A stretch of 64,000 nt of DNA from Guillardia theta CCMP2712 (taxonomy: Eukaryota; Protista; Cryptophyta): assembly GCF_000315625.1 (NCBI RefSeq), contig NW_005434576.1:62001-126000 (forward strand), given 5' to 3'. How positions within the stretch are numbered: the stretch's first letter is position 1; each line of letters begins with the position of its first letter. The translations under genes were made by a program, and so were the position numbers. Of this stretch, positions 12,058 through 23,728 are shown piece after piece. Under the pieces are notes generated by a model. The model worked only from the letters and a program-made list of their open reading frames with translations, was not told the DNA's origin and searched no databases.

Positions 12058-14655
12058 ATGCTACGATTACTTACGTTGATCCCTACCCAGTTCCTCTACT
12101 TCCTAGCTGTCATCTTGACGTCATTGATTAGCACCAGGCTGGTGTTACCAGAAGTACCATCATGGATGGTGTTCATCTCGCTGTTTCTACAAGTGCTGGT
12201 CAGCATACTTTCGGCCCACAAGTGCATCTCTCATTTGTTGGTGGAACGGGATAGTTTTGAGGAGGTGCAGAAAACGTTCAGGTTGGCCTCGAAATCGCAT
12301 CAGGTCGTCAGCTCATTGATCCCGTCGAATGTCATGACCAAGTTGCGCGACCGAGAGAACTCGGAGGATTTCCTTGGCGCTCCCATATCAAGGTGCACCG
12401 TCATGTTCTGCTCCCTGGAGCCCAAGGAGCTGTTCAGGTCCAGGTCCTCATCAGAGACCTTCGAGCTCCTCGACCAGCTCTTCGAGAAGTTCGACGATGC
12501 AGTGGAGGACTTTGGCATGCACAAGTATCAGCATGTGGGAGATTGGTACATCATCACGTGCCCGAGGGCTGCATCGCCGTTCGACGAGGAAGAGCAGTCT
12601 AGGCTGTATCCAGACTGCTACTACGAGTCCATGGTGATGCTTGCCATCCGGCTGATGCAGATTGCCTCCAAGCACGTCATCGACGGGCAGCAGGTCGGGC
12701 TCAAGGTCGGGCTGCACAGCGGGCCAGCAGCAGGCGCTGTGATAGGAATGATCCGGACCTTCTACTGCGTGTATGGTGACACGACCAACACGGCGGCAAG
12801 GATGTGTAAGTACGCCTCCTTCAACCAGATCCTCTGTACAGAGACGTTTGCTGACTCGATCAAGAAGACGGGGACGAAGAAGGTGCAGGTGAACGACCTG
12901 GGGAAGATTAAGGTGAAGGGAAAGGGGCTCATGAAAGTTTTCTCCCTCGCGCACATAGACTGGTCGGCGTCGTGCAGTCAGCAAGAAATCGAGTCGTTCG
13001 ACTCTTGCTCGTCGTCCGACACTTGCCCGTACGATGAAGAGAACCTCTCCAGCCTCATGCAGTGGAAACTTGTCGACCATGGGCAGACTCAGAGCCGCAG
13101 CCCCTTGAGCTCGCCAGTTGAATCCCAGCAGAAGGTGGAGTGCGTATGGGAGGTTCTAGCAGACCCGCTCTCCGTCTTCAAGCTCAACCTGCATCAGACT
13201 GAAGATCATGCACTCTGCCTCTCGATCGGGCTCCTGCTGCACAAGGCGCTGCTTGTGACTCATCTCATGACGCTCTCAAGGCCCAGCGAGAACATTTACG
13301 CCGACGAGAAGCCGTTGGTCGAGATTGCTCGTTTCTCCTCCATCGCCCTGCACTCCTTGTTTGTCGCGCTCTACTACATGTTCTTCCGCTCATTGTTCTG
13401 GAAGAACCAGCAAGCTCACTCGAAGGTCCTCGAGCTCTGCATGATTGCATTCACGATCGTCTTCACTCTCTTCACCTCTGGTTACTTGGGAGGGAAGCAA
13501 GACGTTGGCGCCGCCGTCTTTTCCCTCAGCTTCTTTGCTATCAACTCCGTTTACCTTCGGATCCCTGCAAAATTTGTGCTCGTCCTGATGGCGTTGATGA
13601 TGATGCTCTCTGTTGTGATCCAGCTTTCCGATATTCAGTCGTACTGGAGATACACGGCGTGGACGGCGCTGTTTGGGACCTTCGTCCTCACTCTGTGGAA
13701 GTCGAAGGATTTGGACAACGGGAGTGACGAGAGGAGTAAGTTCTACAAGACAGTCCACCAGGAGCTTGTCCGCATGAAGGCAATCCTGAGCGATCTGATC
13801 CCAGTCAACATAGCGAACCAGATGGTGAATGGCAACGTGAAGATGCCCTGCGTCATGAAGCGAGCTGTGGTGCTTCAGCTGGACATCTGCAACTTTACAG
13901 CTCTTTCGCAGAAGGTGGACGCGCTGGAGGTGGCTAGCATGATCCATAAGCTCTTCTCCGAGTTCGACAAGGCGGTGATCAAGCTCTCGCTGTTCAAGAT
14001 TGACACCATCGGAGACGCCTACATCGTCGCCGGTTGGCTTCCCTGTGAGTCCGACTGGTTCGCGCAGCCCATGACTAGGAAGGCGTGCCAGTCCATGCTC
14101 TCGCTCTCGCACATGATGCTTGATGCTGTCTCAGCTCACTCTCTGCAAGGAGGTCCAACGCTGCAGTGTAGGATAGGCATCTCTGTGGGGATCGTGGCGT
14201 CGGGGGTGCTTGGGAGGAGGCAGTCGAGGTTCCACGTGGTTGGGCAGACGATGCAGGAGGTCGACAACCTGGAGCAGACCGCGGGGGTCAACACTGTGCA
14301 TGTAAGCGACAAGTTCATCCAAGGCCTCGGACACCTGCATGATATTGGCGAGAACAAGGCCAAGACCGAGGCAACGCGCCGAAGAAGCTCGCTGATCGAG
14401 AAGGATCTGCTTGAGAGGATGAAGGGTAGTACCATCCTGTTGAAGAGCAGGAGGAAGAGCAGCTTGGCAGATAGTAAGATGGAGGAGGAAGAGCTGCCGG
14501 GATGGCACTGCGTCTGCTCGCACGAGGCAGGAAGCGACGTTTGCCTTGGATGCCCGGCAAGTCTAAAGGATGGCACCGTGAAGATCGCGAGGACAAAGAG
14601 TCTAGAGCAGCAAATGCGGAGCAGCTTCGTGTTGGTGCCTTGTGAGAATGGATGA
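12058..14655 (+). CDS. Membrane class III nucleotidyl cyclase with two catalytic domains (TM-C1-TM-C2), probably guanylyl cyclase
   Basis: C1: KYQHVGDWY, KVGLHSGPAAGAVIG, FYCVYGDTTNTAARM, IKVKGKGLM. C2: LQLDICNFT, KIDTIGDAY, CRIGISVG. Hydrophobic helices precede and separate the domains. Confidence 0.92.
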   Translation: MLRLLTLIPTQFLYFLAVILTSLISTRLVLPEVPSWMVFISLFLQVLVSILSAHKCISHLLVERDSFEEVQKTFRLASKSHQVVSSLIPSNVMTKLRDRENSEDFLGAPISRCTVMFCSLEPKELFRSRSSSETFELLDQLFEKFDDAVEDFGMHKYQHVGDWYIITCPRAASPFDEEEQSRLYPDCYYESMVMLAIRLMQIASKHVIDGQQVGLKVGLHSGPAAGAVIGMIRTFYCVYGDTTNTAARMCKYASFNQILCTETFADSIKKTGTKKVQVNDLGKIKVKGKGLMKVFSLAHIDWSASCSQQEIESFDSCSSSDTCPYDEENLSSLMQWKLVDHGQTQSRSPLSSPVESQQKVECVWEVLADPLSVFKLNLHQTEDHALCLSIGLLLHKALLVTHLMTLSRPSENIYADEKPLVEIARFSSIALHSLFVALYYMFFRSLFWKNQQAHSKVLELCMIAFTIVFTLFTSGYLGGKQDVGAAVFSLSFFAINSVYLRIPAKFVLVLMALMMMLSVVIQLSDIQSYWRYTAWTALFGTFVLTLWKSKDLDNGSDERSKFYKTVHQELVRMKAILSDLIPVNIANQMVNGNVKMPCVMKRAVVLQLDICNFTALSQKVDALEVASMIHKLFSEFDKAVIKLSLFKIDTIGDAYIVAGWLPCESDWFAQPMTRKACQSMLSLSHMMLDAVSAHSLQGGPTLQCRIGISVGIVASGVLGRRQSRFHVVGQTMQEVDNLEQTAGVNTVHVSDKFIQGLGHLHDIGENKAKTEATRRRSSLIEKDLLERMKGSTILLKSRRKSSLADSKMEEEELPGWHCVCSHEAGSDVCLGCPASLKDGTVKIARTKSLEQQMRSSFVLVPCENG

Positions 14656-14945
14656 AGGAGGAGGATATCAAGCAATGAAATTCAAATCCTTTATTATGAA
14701 CCACCTGGAAGGAGGCGAGGGAGAGGGTAGGAGGGAGATGGTATGGAGAGAAGGGGAGACTGAGGGGAGAACAGGTCAAGAAGAGGACCGGGGGGGAGGT
14801 TGGTGGTTGGGGAGGGGAGGGAGGGAGGGAGGGAGGGAGGGATGGAAGGGCAAAGGCAGCGAGCAAGGCAAGAGAGCAGAGAGGGGGGAGAGGGAGATAC
14901 AGGTAGCCTGGGAAGTATCTAAGCCGCAACCAATTACTCTTTCAT

Positions 14946-16355
14946 TCACGCTCTCACGATCCTCCTTGCTGCTGCCTCCCCCTCCTCCCCTCCTTCCCTG
15001 TTGCTGGGAGCATGATTGGTGATGGAGAGAAAAGCATCCCAGAAGAAGTTAACAACGTTTTGCGCCACAACACGATACTGCAGGGGAACCATCCCCTGGT
15101 TGACGACCTGGAAAGGGAACCATACCCACACGCCCACTATGAATGTGCTCACCAGCCGCTCCTGCAGCTTCTCCTGCACCTGCTGCATGCTCTGACCCTC
15201 CCAGAAGGAAGTGAGAGCGAAGATGGACATGATGAAGAAGGGGGCTCCGAAGATCTGGTCTGCCACTGCCCTCTTCATCGTCACCCCAAGGCTCTTGCCG
15301 GGGAAGACTTTCTCCAGCACGTTGAACCATACTGAGAGGCAGGGGCCCACCCAGAGGATCCCGACGAGGACGAGACCGATGCATCTCTTTGCTGACTCCT
15401 GCAGCAGGACTTTGCCCTCTCCCTCGCTGCCGTCTACGAGCTGAAGGAAGAGCTCGTACAGCTGGGCAGCAATGTCCGCAAGGCCGTAGGCGATGCCGGT
15501 GACTATGCTCTTGGTCCTGATCGGATAGTCCCTGAGCATCCTGTTGAACCACTCGTTGAAGTTCTCTTTCTTCATCCTCTTCAGCACAACAGCTGCTGCC
15601 TCGAAGCTGTCAAAACTCCCATCAAACTGACGATCTCCTCCTTCCTTCCCTCCTCCATCGCCGCCGCCCCCTCCGCCCCCGCCGCCACGGCTGCGACCGC
15701 CAGTACCACCATTGAGCGAGTCCTCCAATCCTATTCCAACAGTTTCCGACCCCGTCCCACCGAGCAGGGTTGCAGAGCTGTTGAGGTTGAACCCATGTGC
15801 GACCTGCTCCTCCACCACAGCCGACGAAGGCGGGTTGCCCTCTAACGCAGCCTTGAGACGGGCCAGAGAAGTCCTCCTCGTCATCTTGAACTGCACGCAA
15901 GGACTTGCTTGACATGGCTGAAGCTGAACGCCAAAACATGAGCTGAACGGCTCGATCTTCGCTATCCTCAGTGTGCGCCCGCAAATACAAATCTTGGTGG
16001 ACGTCGGCAGATAGCGGGTGTGCGAGTGCATGCTCCGGAAGGGCGGGGAAAGTCCTGAGCTCAGGTAGGAGGACTTCTGTAACTTTGAACAAGAGAAGGA
16101 TGGGATGAAGTTCAAAGCAGGGCTATGTACAATAGAAGAAAGTGAGTTCATCGGCGCCATGGTACAAGGTTGGTTCTGTATAAAGCGTAGCTGGGAGACG
16201 AAGAGACGATTGATCTGGCTCCTCACCGGAGCAGAGGACATGAGGTCAGAGGAGGGAGCAGGAGAGAGAGAAGGGAAGGGGGGAGGGAGGGAGGGAGAGG
16301 AAGACGCAGCAAGAGCCAGTGCAAGGGGCAACAGGATGGGTGCTGCCAAGCCCAT
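14946..16355 (-). CDS. Mpv17/PMP22 family membrane protein with long N-terminal extension
   Basis: YPIRTKSIVTGIAYGLADIAAQ ... DQIFGAP ... VWFPFQVVNQGMVPLQYRVVAQNVVNFFWDAFLS match the family; hydrophobic start and Gly-rich linker upstream. Confidence 0.9.
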   Translation of the reverse strand: MGLAAPILLPLALALAASSSPSLPPPFPSLSPAPSSDLMSSAPVRSQINRLFVSQLRFIQNQPCTMAPMNSLSSIVHSPALNFIPSFSCSKLQKSSYLSSGLSPPFRSMHSHTRYLPTSTKICICGRTLRIAKIEPFSSCFGVQLQPCQASPCVQFKMTRRTSLARLKAALEGNPPSSAVVEEQVAHGFNLNSSATLLGGTGSETVGIGLEDSLNGGTGGRSRGGGGGGGGGDGGGKEGGDRQFDGSFDSFEAAAVVLKRMKKENFNEWFNRMLRDYPIRTKSIVTGIAYGLADIAAQLYELFLQLVDGSEGEGKVLLQESAKRCIGLVLVGILWVGPCLSVWFNVLEKVFPGKSLGVTMKRAVADQIFGAPFFIMSIFALTSFWEGQSMQQVQEKLQERLVSTFIVGVWVWFPFQVVNQGMVPLQYRVVAQNVVNFFWDAFLSITNHAPSNREGGEEGEAAARRIVRA

Positions 16356-17208
16356 GGCACAATGAAGCTGTCGGGGGGGGGGGGAGCGAAGCTTTTACAA
16401 GGGTTTTATAGTGCGCAAAAGGTTTTAATATAGTTTTTTATATATTTCTATTTTTCATGATTCTATAAGGTTTTTAATCCCCGAACGTACCCTCTATTTA
16501 TTTATATAAGTTATTAAAAGAAGCCAAAGTCAAAAAGAAGTGTTATAAAATAGGGGCCTGGATGGGTAAGGGCCACCACCCACCCCATCAGATTTTACAC
16601 TGGACTCAAAATCTTGAAGTACCGTTGGATTAAATTCAAAATTGGAGGGTTCTGGACGTGTAACGAACTCAAAATTATAGAAGGGGTGGGTGGGTATCCA
16701 TGGCTCAAATTGAAGGGGTACCAGAGTTGAATCATGTGGGGATGAATCATGTGCACCGGGATCAGGGTATGGTGGGGTCATTAGCAACGGGTGGGAAAAA
16801 TCAATGAAGGCCAGATGGGTGGTGGGGGTACATAAAAAATTCAGTCAAGATCAAAAGTATACATGTTATAGCTATTTCACTAGTAAGCTCATCGAAGATT
16901 TCTTCGGGTAGCAGTAGTGGAGCAAGTTCACTTCCAAATAGGGGGGTACAACATTGTTCAAGTCTTTCTTGTGAAGGGTGGGGTCGGTGCCAAATGTCGG
17001 ATCAGCGTACATGACGGTACGAGGGCTACTGGGGGAATAAAATAAAAAGTAGTAGAAGTAGTAGTAGAGTTATAAACCAATCCAACTCAACTTGGCAACA
17101 GCCCGCGGCTACGGCGCCGGGCCCTCAGTGCTTGGCGCCGGCGGCCGGGCCGCCGGCTGGGGTCATAGTGGGGATGAGGAGCCGGGGGCCGACAAAGAAG
17201 CCCACAGA

Positions 17209-18659
17209 ATGCTGCTTGCTAGGTGGCTGATAGCAGCGGTCGGGATGGTCGGGATGGCGAGCGGCTTCAATCCAACGAGCTTCTTTCAAGTCGGTAGCGT
17301 GCGAGGATCGTCCTCAGCCTCCTCCAGCCTCTTGTGCCCGACGCCGCCGTTGATCCAGCGTTCAAGCCGGACGCATGCATTGAGCAGTAGGAGGAAGACT
17401 CTGCAAGGCAGAGGAGGGATCCGAGGGCTGAGTGCGATGTTCACAGGGATAGTGGAGGAGATGGGAGCCATCAAAGAAGTCAAGAATGGCTTCAAGGGAT
17501 GGGGAGAGTGGGAGGGATCAGACGGAGGTATGACGCTGAGAGTTGGAGGGGGGAAGGTGCTTGAAGGTTGCTACGAAGGCTGTTCGATCGCTGTGAATGG
17601 CGTCTGCCTGACAGTCACTGAGTTCGACTCAGAGTCCTTCACAGTTGGTGTTGCTCCTGAGACCATCAGGAAGACCAACCTCGGCCTCCTGGGCCAGGGA
17701 AGTCCCGTCAACCTTGAGAGGGCAGCGGCCATGGACGGGAGGAACAGTGGTCATATGGTTCAGGGGCATGTGGACAATGTGGGAGAGATCATAGAGAAAT
17801 GGCAAGACAAAGAATCTCTGTTTGTAAGTTGCTCTGCTACTCTTCCTTCTTCCCTCCTGTGACTAGTGCGATCAGATCAAAGTTAAGGCGCCGCGGGAGT
17901 TAATGCAGTACATTGTTCCTAAGGGGTTCATTGCCATCGATGGGACTTCTCTGACGGTATTCCTTCTTATCGAAGCTAGTCTGTGTGCTCGATGTGTAAG
18001 GAGAACAGGAGGAAGCAAGGAGAAGGACATAACAAGATGGAGGCGATTGAGATGATGGAGATTACAATGAGGAGAAGTTGAGGATGGGGGTGGTGGTGAT
18101 AAGGATAGTGATGTCGCATGTAGATAATGTATACATATTGGTGACAATGATGATGACAATGGTATGCAGGTGTGCGAGACGGACGTTGCTAACGGCTGGT
18201 TCACTTTCATGTTGATCGACTACACACAGCAGCATGTCATCATCCCGAAGAAGCCCATCGGTGACAAGGTTACAGTTCGCCACTCCCTCCTCCTCCTCTT
18301 TCTCGTCCTCCATCAGCCGTTTGATCTCTCATCCTCTATACATCTTTCTTCATTTGTTCCCTCTGCTTCTTCCTTCTCTACGAATCTCCTCGTCTCGTTT
18401 CTGCCATCTACCCTTGTCTTTCCCTGTACCTCGCCTGTCCCTCTCTCTTGATCTAGCCGCCATGTTGAAATGTTCAGCAGGTCAACTTGGAAGTCGACGT
18501 GATCAGCAAGTACGTCGAGCGATCGCTTGGCAACATCAATGATAGATTGTCACGACTTGAGGTCGCCAACGTCCTCCATGTCTTGCGTCTGATCCGTCTG
18601 TTTCGCAGGAGAAAGTTTTCGGCAAGTCGTTTTCTTCCGAGGTGAATCTCAACATCTGA
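17209..18659 (+). CDS. ribE: Riboflavin synthase (alpha chain) with bipartite plastid-targeting presequence
   Basis: MFTGIVEEMG, SIAVNGVCLTV, VNLERA, GHMVQGHVD, KGFIAIDGTSLT/V, VNLEVD. Exons 17209-17823, 17876-17956, 18170-18268, 18481-18561, 18609-18659, all GT-AG. Confidence 0.95.
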
Positions 18660-18690
18660 CGCACTGACGTGTCAATGTTGACCTGAGATC

Positions 18691-21600
18691 TCAGGCGGGA
18701 ACCCGTCTGGACAACCTCGAGCAAACATGGAAGTAGGCGGGCGAGAGATGACAAGGCTCTCTTGAGATCGACTGCTCGTTCTCAAGCCTGCAAGTCAGAG
18801 CGGGAGGAGATAGCGCGAATGGACATTTATTTAGATTTTGATTACAGTTTGTGATGAGATGATGCTGAAGATACTTCATGGACTAGTTTTGACAAGAGAG
18901 CTTCAGTTTGCGACAACTTCATGCGTGTCTCGCTCAGTTCCTAGCAGGATTTTAGCAGGGTAACGCTGCACAGGAACCAAAACTCACCTCATCCTTTCTG
19001 ACAGTCTTCTCCTCCACACCTCTCAGGAACTCTATGATTTGCTTTTCTTTCTCGTGGATCTTCGCAGCAAAATGAGATTCTTGTTTCTTGATCTCCTCCT
19101 GGTAGAACGACACTTTACGCTGTAGATCTTCTACGCGTTCCTTTGACTGTTTGAAAATCAAGTTCATCTCTTCGATTTCAGATTCTCTCGAAGCTATCAA
19201 GTGGGATTGCCCCAACTCTGTCTTCTCCAACGTCCTGACCTGTTGGGAGAGAGCATGGTTTGTTCTCTGCAAGTCCACCATCTGTGCTTCGAGCTGCCTG
19301 TTCCTTTCCAGCGCCTCGAGCAGCACGTGAGCATCGGGGATAAAGCTGCCATGGGGGTCCACACGTTTAAGCTTGGAGATCATCTCCACCAGGTCCTCCC
19401 TCGTGCTCTTCTCTCTCTCGTACTCCTTCTTCAACTTGTCGTGCTCCTGTCTCAGCTGGTTGTGCTCCGCATCCTTCTGCGCCAAAGACTCTTCCAACGA
19501 TCTCAGCTCAGCCCCTAGGATGCCGTGCTCGTCATCGAACCAGTTTGCCAGCAGGTCGTGATGGATGCCCGTCAGTGGTTGGCTCGGCACTTGCTCTTGA
19601 CCTACTGGTCTCTGAGGTTTGTCCAACAGCTGTCGAGGCATCGCAGTCAGAAGGGAGAACTTCCAGCAGAGGTCGTCACCTCCTGCAGCTCGAACCTCTC
19701 GTCCAAGAGTTTGCTGTTCGCCTGCTCTAGCTGTGCTCGGAAGTGATCGAACTCATCCTCGGCGGCACTTTGCTTCCAAATGAACGAGTTCACCTTGTTC
19801 CTCCTTCACCGCTTTCACACAACCTCCTCCTCCTCCCTCACCTCCTGGCACATGCCGATCAGCTCCTCGTTGATCGCCCTCAACGCGTCCGACACGCGCG
19901 GGTCCTCCAGCCTTCGATTCGCCTGCCCCTCCTCGTGACCCTCCAGGTAGTTGTGGATCAGCTGGGCGGGCAGTCAGCCTCAGGCAGCGGCATCAGAGGA
20001 GACTGACTGACCTCGGGCCAGCGTTTCGAGTCTTCCTTGTCCGAGACCTGCCAAGTCCCAAGTCAAACCTGCTCCTCTGCTGTAACCGTGCTCCATTACT
20101 TCTCTCCACAGCACCACATTCTCGCGTTGAGCGTCCGCCAGCTCGGCTTCCAACCTCAGCTTCTCCTTCACCAGCCTGTTGGACTCTAGCTCTCTCTCCA
20201 GCAGCTGGCTCTTCAGGTATTCGTGACTTTCAATGTACTCCTTGCTCAGCTTCTCTGACTCCAGGACCTGTTCGGCTCTCAGACATGTCATGCAACGTGT
20301 CCGGGAGGAAACCTCATTCCAGATCGTCGACAGCTCTTCGCTAACTTCAATCAGCTCTTTATGTATTTTCTGCTTCTCAGACTGAAGCTGAACACACTGA
20401 AATCACAGCTGTCGTCAGGAAACCATTCGGGACTAGAACAACTCACTACCTTCTGCCTCAGCAGAATCACTTCTTGCAGGGATTCTTCCAAATTTCGTTT
20501 GTACATCTCCATATCCGACAGGCTATCAGCAAGCTTACAAAAAGTGTCAGAGATTGGAGCCAGGTTGCAGAACTCCTACACACCTCTCCTCGAAGGATGC
20601 CGACTTCTCTGTTGCTGTTCCTAAGACTCTCTTCAAGGGCTCTCACCTGGTCTTCTCGACCCACGTGATCGCCTCGGAGGTTCTTGTTCTCTTCCTCCAG
20701 GCGTTTGAATCTTTGAAACAAGTCGGTCTGGTTCAAATCCCTCTCGTCCATCGCTCTCGTCCACTTCTGGACTTGATCTTTCAGACTTTGGTTTTCGACC
20801 TGTAGGTCCGAAAGCTCGTGCTTCAGATTGTATTTTTCTTGCAGAAGTTTTGCATGCTGATCAATCTGGCATTTCATCTCTTCAATCTGATCTTTATAGT
20901 CTTCTATTTCTTGTTGGAGCACAAGCTTTTCCGACACAGCCTTGTCTAGTCGCACTGCTTTCAACTTGTACTTCTCAATCTCCTGGGCCTGTGTATCCAT
21001 CTCAAGAACCAGCCTTTCATTCTGTTGTTGGAGGTATTTCAGATTTAGCTGCAACTGATTCTTTTCGTTCACTACTCGTTCCAAGTCATCCCTGACGTCT
21101 TCAAACCTGGTTACGCTGTCCACGCTGCCAATCAGTGAAGCCAGAGTTTCAAGCGTTGTGAACTTCTCGTTTTGTAAGACATTGTTGAAGGAGATGAGGT
21201 CCTCATTAGCACAGTTTGACTCCTGTAGAGCAGCTTTCACTTGCTCCATCTCCTCGCACAACTTGCTCTGCTGCTCTATCAGGTAGTCGTTCTCTCTCTG
21301 CAGGTCGGCCAACTCATCGGAACATCTAGCCGCAAAGTTTGACTCCAAGTCCAAAGAAGCATGCAAATGCTCTGACTGCAGCTCAAGAAACTGGTTTCTG
21401 AGGATCGTAGTCAAGTACACTTCCCTTGCCTCGTCAAGAGAAGCAAGAATTGTGTTCAGAGACACAAAGTTCTTGTTTATCTCATCCTCCTCGGAAGCCA
21501 GTCTAGAAATCATGCGTGTTACAATGTGGGCAAAAGAAGAGAAGGAAAAGGTTGTAATCGTACATGGTCTCCAAAGATGTAAGGTGATGTTCTTTCTTAC

Positions 21601-23370
21601 GAAGCAAATCAGGCATGTTCATGATGACATGTAGAGATTCTTTGAAATCTGATTGGACGGAAAACATCTCCTGGTTGAGCCTGCGGACGATGGGCTCGAC
21701 TTGAGACAAAGTAGAACACAACTGATCTGTCATTAAAAAGAGGGTGAGTTTGAATGAATTGACGAATTCACCGTCAAAGTAGAAAAGCATCAAACGATAC
21801 CATTCGAAGATTGAGCTGCTTGAAGCTTCATCGCAAGCTCATCGGCCTTCATCCTGGTTTCCTGCAAACTGTAGAAGTTCTTCTTGCAATTGACCTCTCG
21901 CACTTGAGCGGCTTTGAGAAATTGTTTGACGACTTGCTTAAGAGAGACGACAATCCTGTGAGGGTTTGCGACAGCACCAGGACTTATCGCGCCATCGGAA
22001 GTGAAAGGATTGAAAGATGACTTGGACTCGAAACTTTCGTTGGGAAGGGATTCACCAAACCCAGAGGAAGTCAGCGAGGCATTCAAAGAATCTTTCATCG
22101 CTGCTTCATCGACTTCATCGAGAATACTTCCATCCTGAGAAGCATGTCTGATGTTGCCTTGTGCCTGCGCATTCCACAAGATTTCTCGGTACGATGTCTC
22201 GATCTCCGTCTTGATCATTTCCACATCTTGCAGTATTTTCTTTTGAAACTCGAGCTCTTGCGAAGTCTTCTTGTTTTGCATCTTCAGGACAGCGAGATTG
22301 TGCGACAATGTTGAGTTCTCTTGTTCCAGGTTGTGCAAACCTTTCAGTATCTGATTCCTTTCCATGGACATCTTCTGGTTCAGTTCTAGCAGAGATCTTT
22401 GCTTCAGCTGGAAGCCTTCTAGTTTCGACATGTTTGCTTTGGAAGCGTTGTAGAACGAACTCGTTAGCTCAAAGACGTGCATGCACTGCTGCTCCAACCG
22501 GGAGACACTCGACGTGAGTTGGAGGATGGCCGGGTCATGTTGCCTGAGTTGCTCATGCAGATGTTGGATCTGATTTTCTTTGCACTTCAGATCCTCGGAG
22601 AGAGAGGAGACCTTCCTCTTCGCTTCACTGTCCCTCTCATGCGACATCAACTCAGTTTGTCTCAGCTTCTCCTGGTTCTGCTTCCACTCGTCGTTCATCG
22701 CCTCCAACTTCTCCTGCAGCATCAAGTTTCTCGATATGATCTCGTCTGTCTGCTTTGTCTTCAACTCAAGCTCAACAATTCTCTTCCTCATCGTTGCCAT
22801 CTCACTAAGCAGCACCTGACGCATGGCAACACACGTCAGGCCAACTAGAGGGGTATTGAGGAGAGACTGTCGTACCGCCGTGTGGCTCTCCGAAGCCGCG
22901 AGCTTTCTTCTCAGAGAATCGATTTCAACTTCATGAGCTTCGTATATGAGAGAGCTCTGCAAGGAAGTCAACCCTCGACCCTCCACCGACCGACCAGTCA
23001 CCGTCAGGCTCGTGTTTCCCATCTTGTTCAGAGAGACACCACTGGGCTGAGGGTCTCTTGATCTCATCTCCCAAAGGTTCACAGAGGTTCCGTTGCTCTC
23101 AAACTCTGATGCTCCAGCAGCACTGGCAAACCTCCCGCCTCCTCCTCCTCCTGCCCCCATCCCCACCACTGCTCCTTCTCCCTTGCGCATCGAATCGCTC
23201 GTCCTTCCTCTTAGTTGAGCTATCAGCGCGTTCTTCTCCTCAGCGAGGGCGGCTGCTCGTCGAGTCATGTATCCTAGGTCTCCCGTATACGACAGCTCGT
23301 TCCCTCTGTCCTCTCCTGTCCCTCCTTCCCTCCCGCCCCATCCCTCCTCCTCTTCCCCCCCTCCCGCCAT
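18691..23370 (-). CDS. Large multi-exon coiled-coil protein
   Basis: Consecutive minus-strand ORFs (21790-23370, 21503-21793, 20467-21513, 19980-20291, 18952-19641) rich in E/K/L/Q heptads, separated by short introns. Start codon uncertain. Confidence 0.75.
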
Positions 23371-23728
23371 TGCTACCGGTTCCCTTCAAAAATTTGTACC
23401 ACGCGAACTCTACCCCCGCTGGGTTTTCAGTACCCCACCCTCTAAATCCCAGTACATGACCCACCAAGTTCTGGGGACATGTGGACCCCTACCCCCTCTG
23501 AGGAACCCTGGAGACGAAGGCGGGTCTACTTGCTAAGCTTCTATGATACATGAAAAGAATAAAGAGAGGAGAGGGGAGGAGCGGCAGACTCAGACTAGCT
23601 CAGCGTCCTTGTCCTCCTCCCACTTGCCCAGCACATTCTTCTGACCCTCCTCGCACACTGAACGCATCACGACGCCTGCGGCTGGAGACCAGCGTCCTTC
23701 TGGCCCCCTCCTTCGCTCCTGCCGCAGA

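Noticed and set aside
12451-14929. Long minus-strand ORFs opposite the cyclase
   Set aside because: Antisense shadows of a codon-biased gene.
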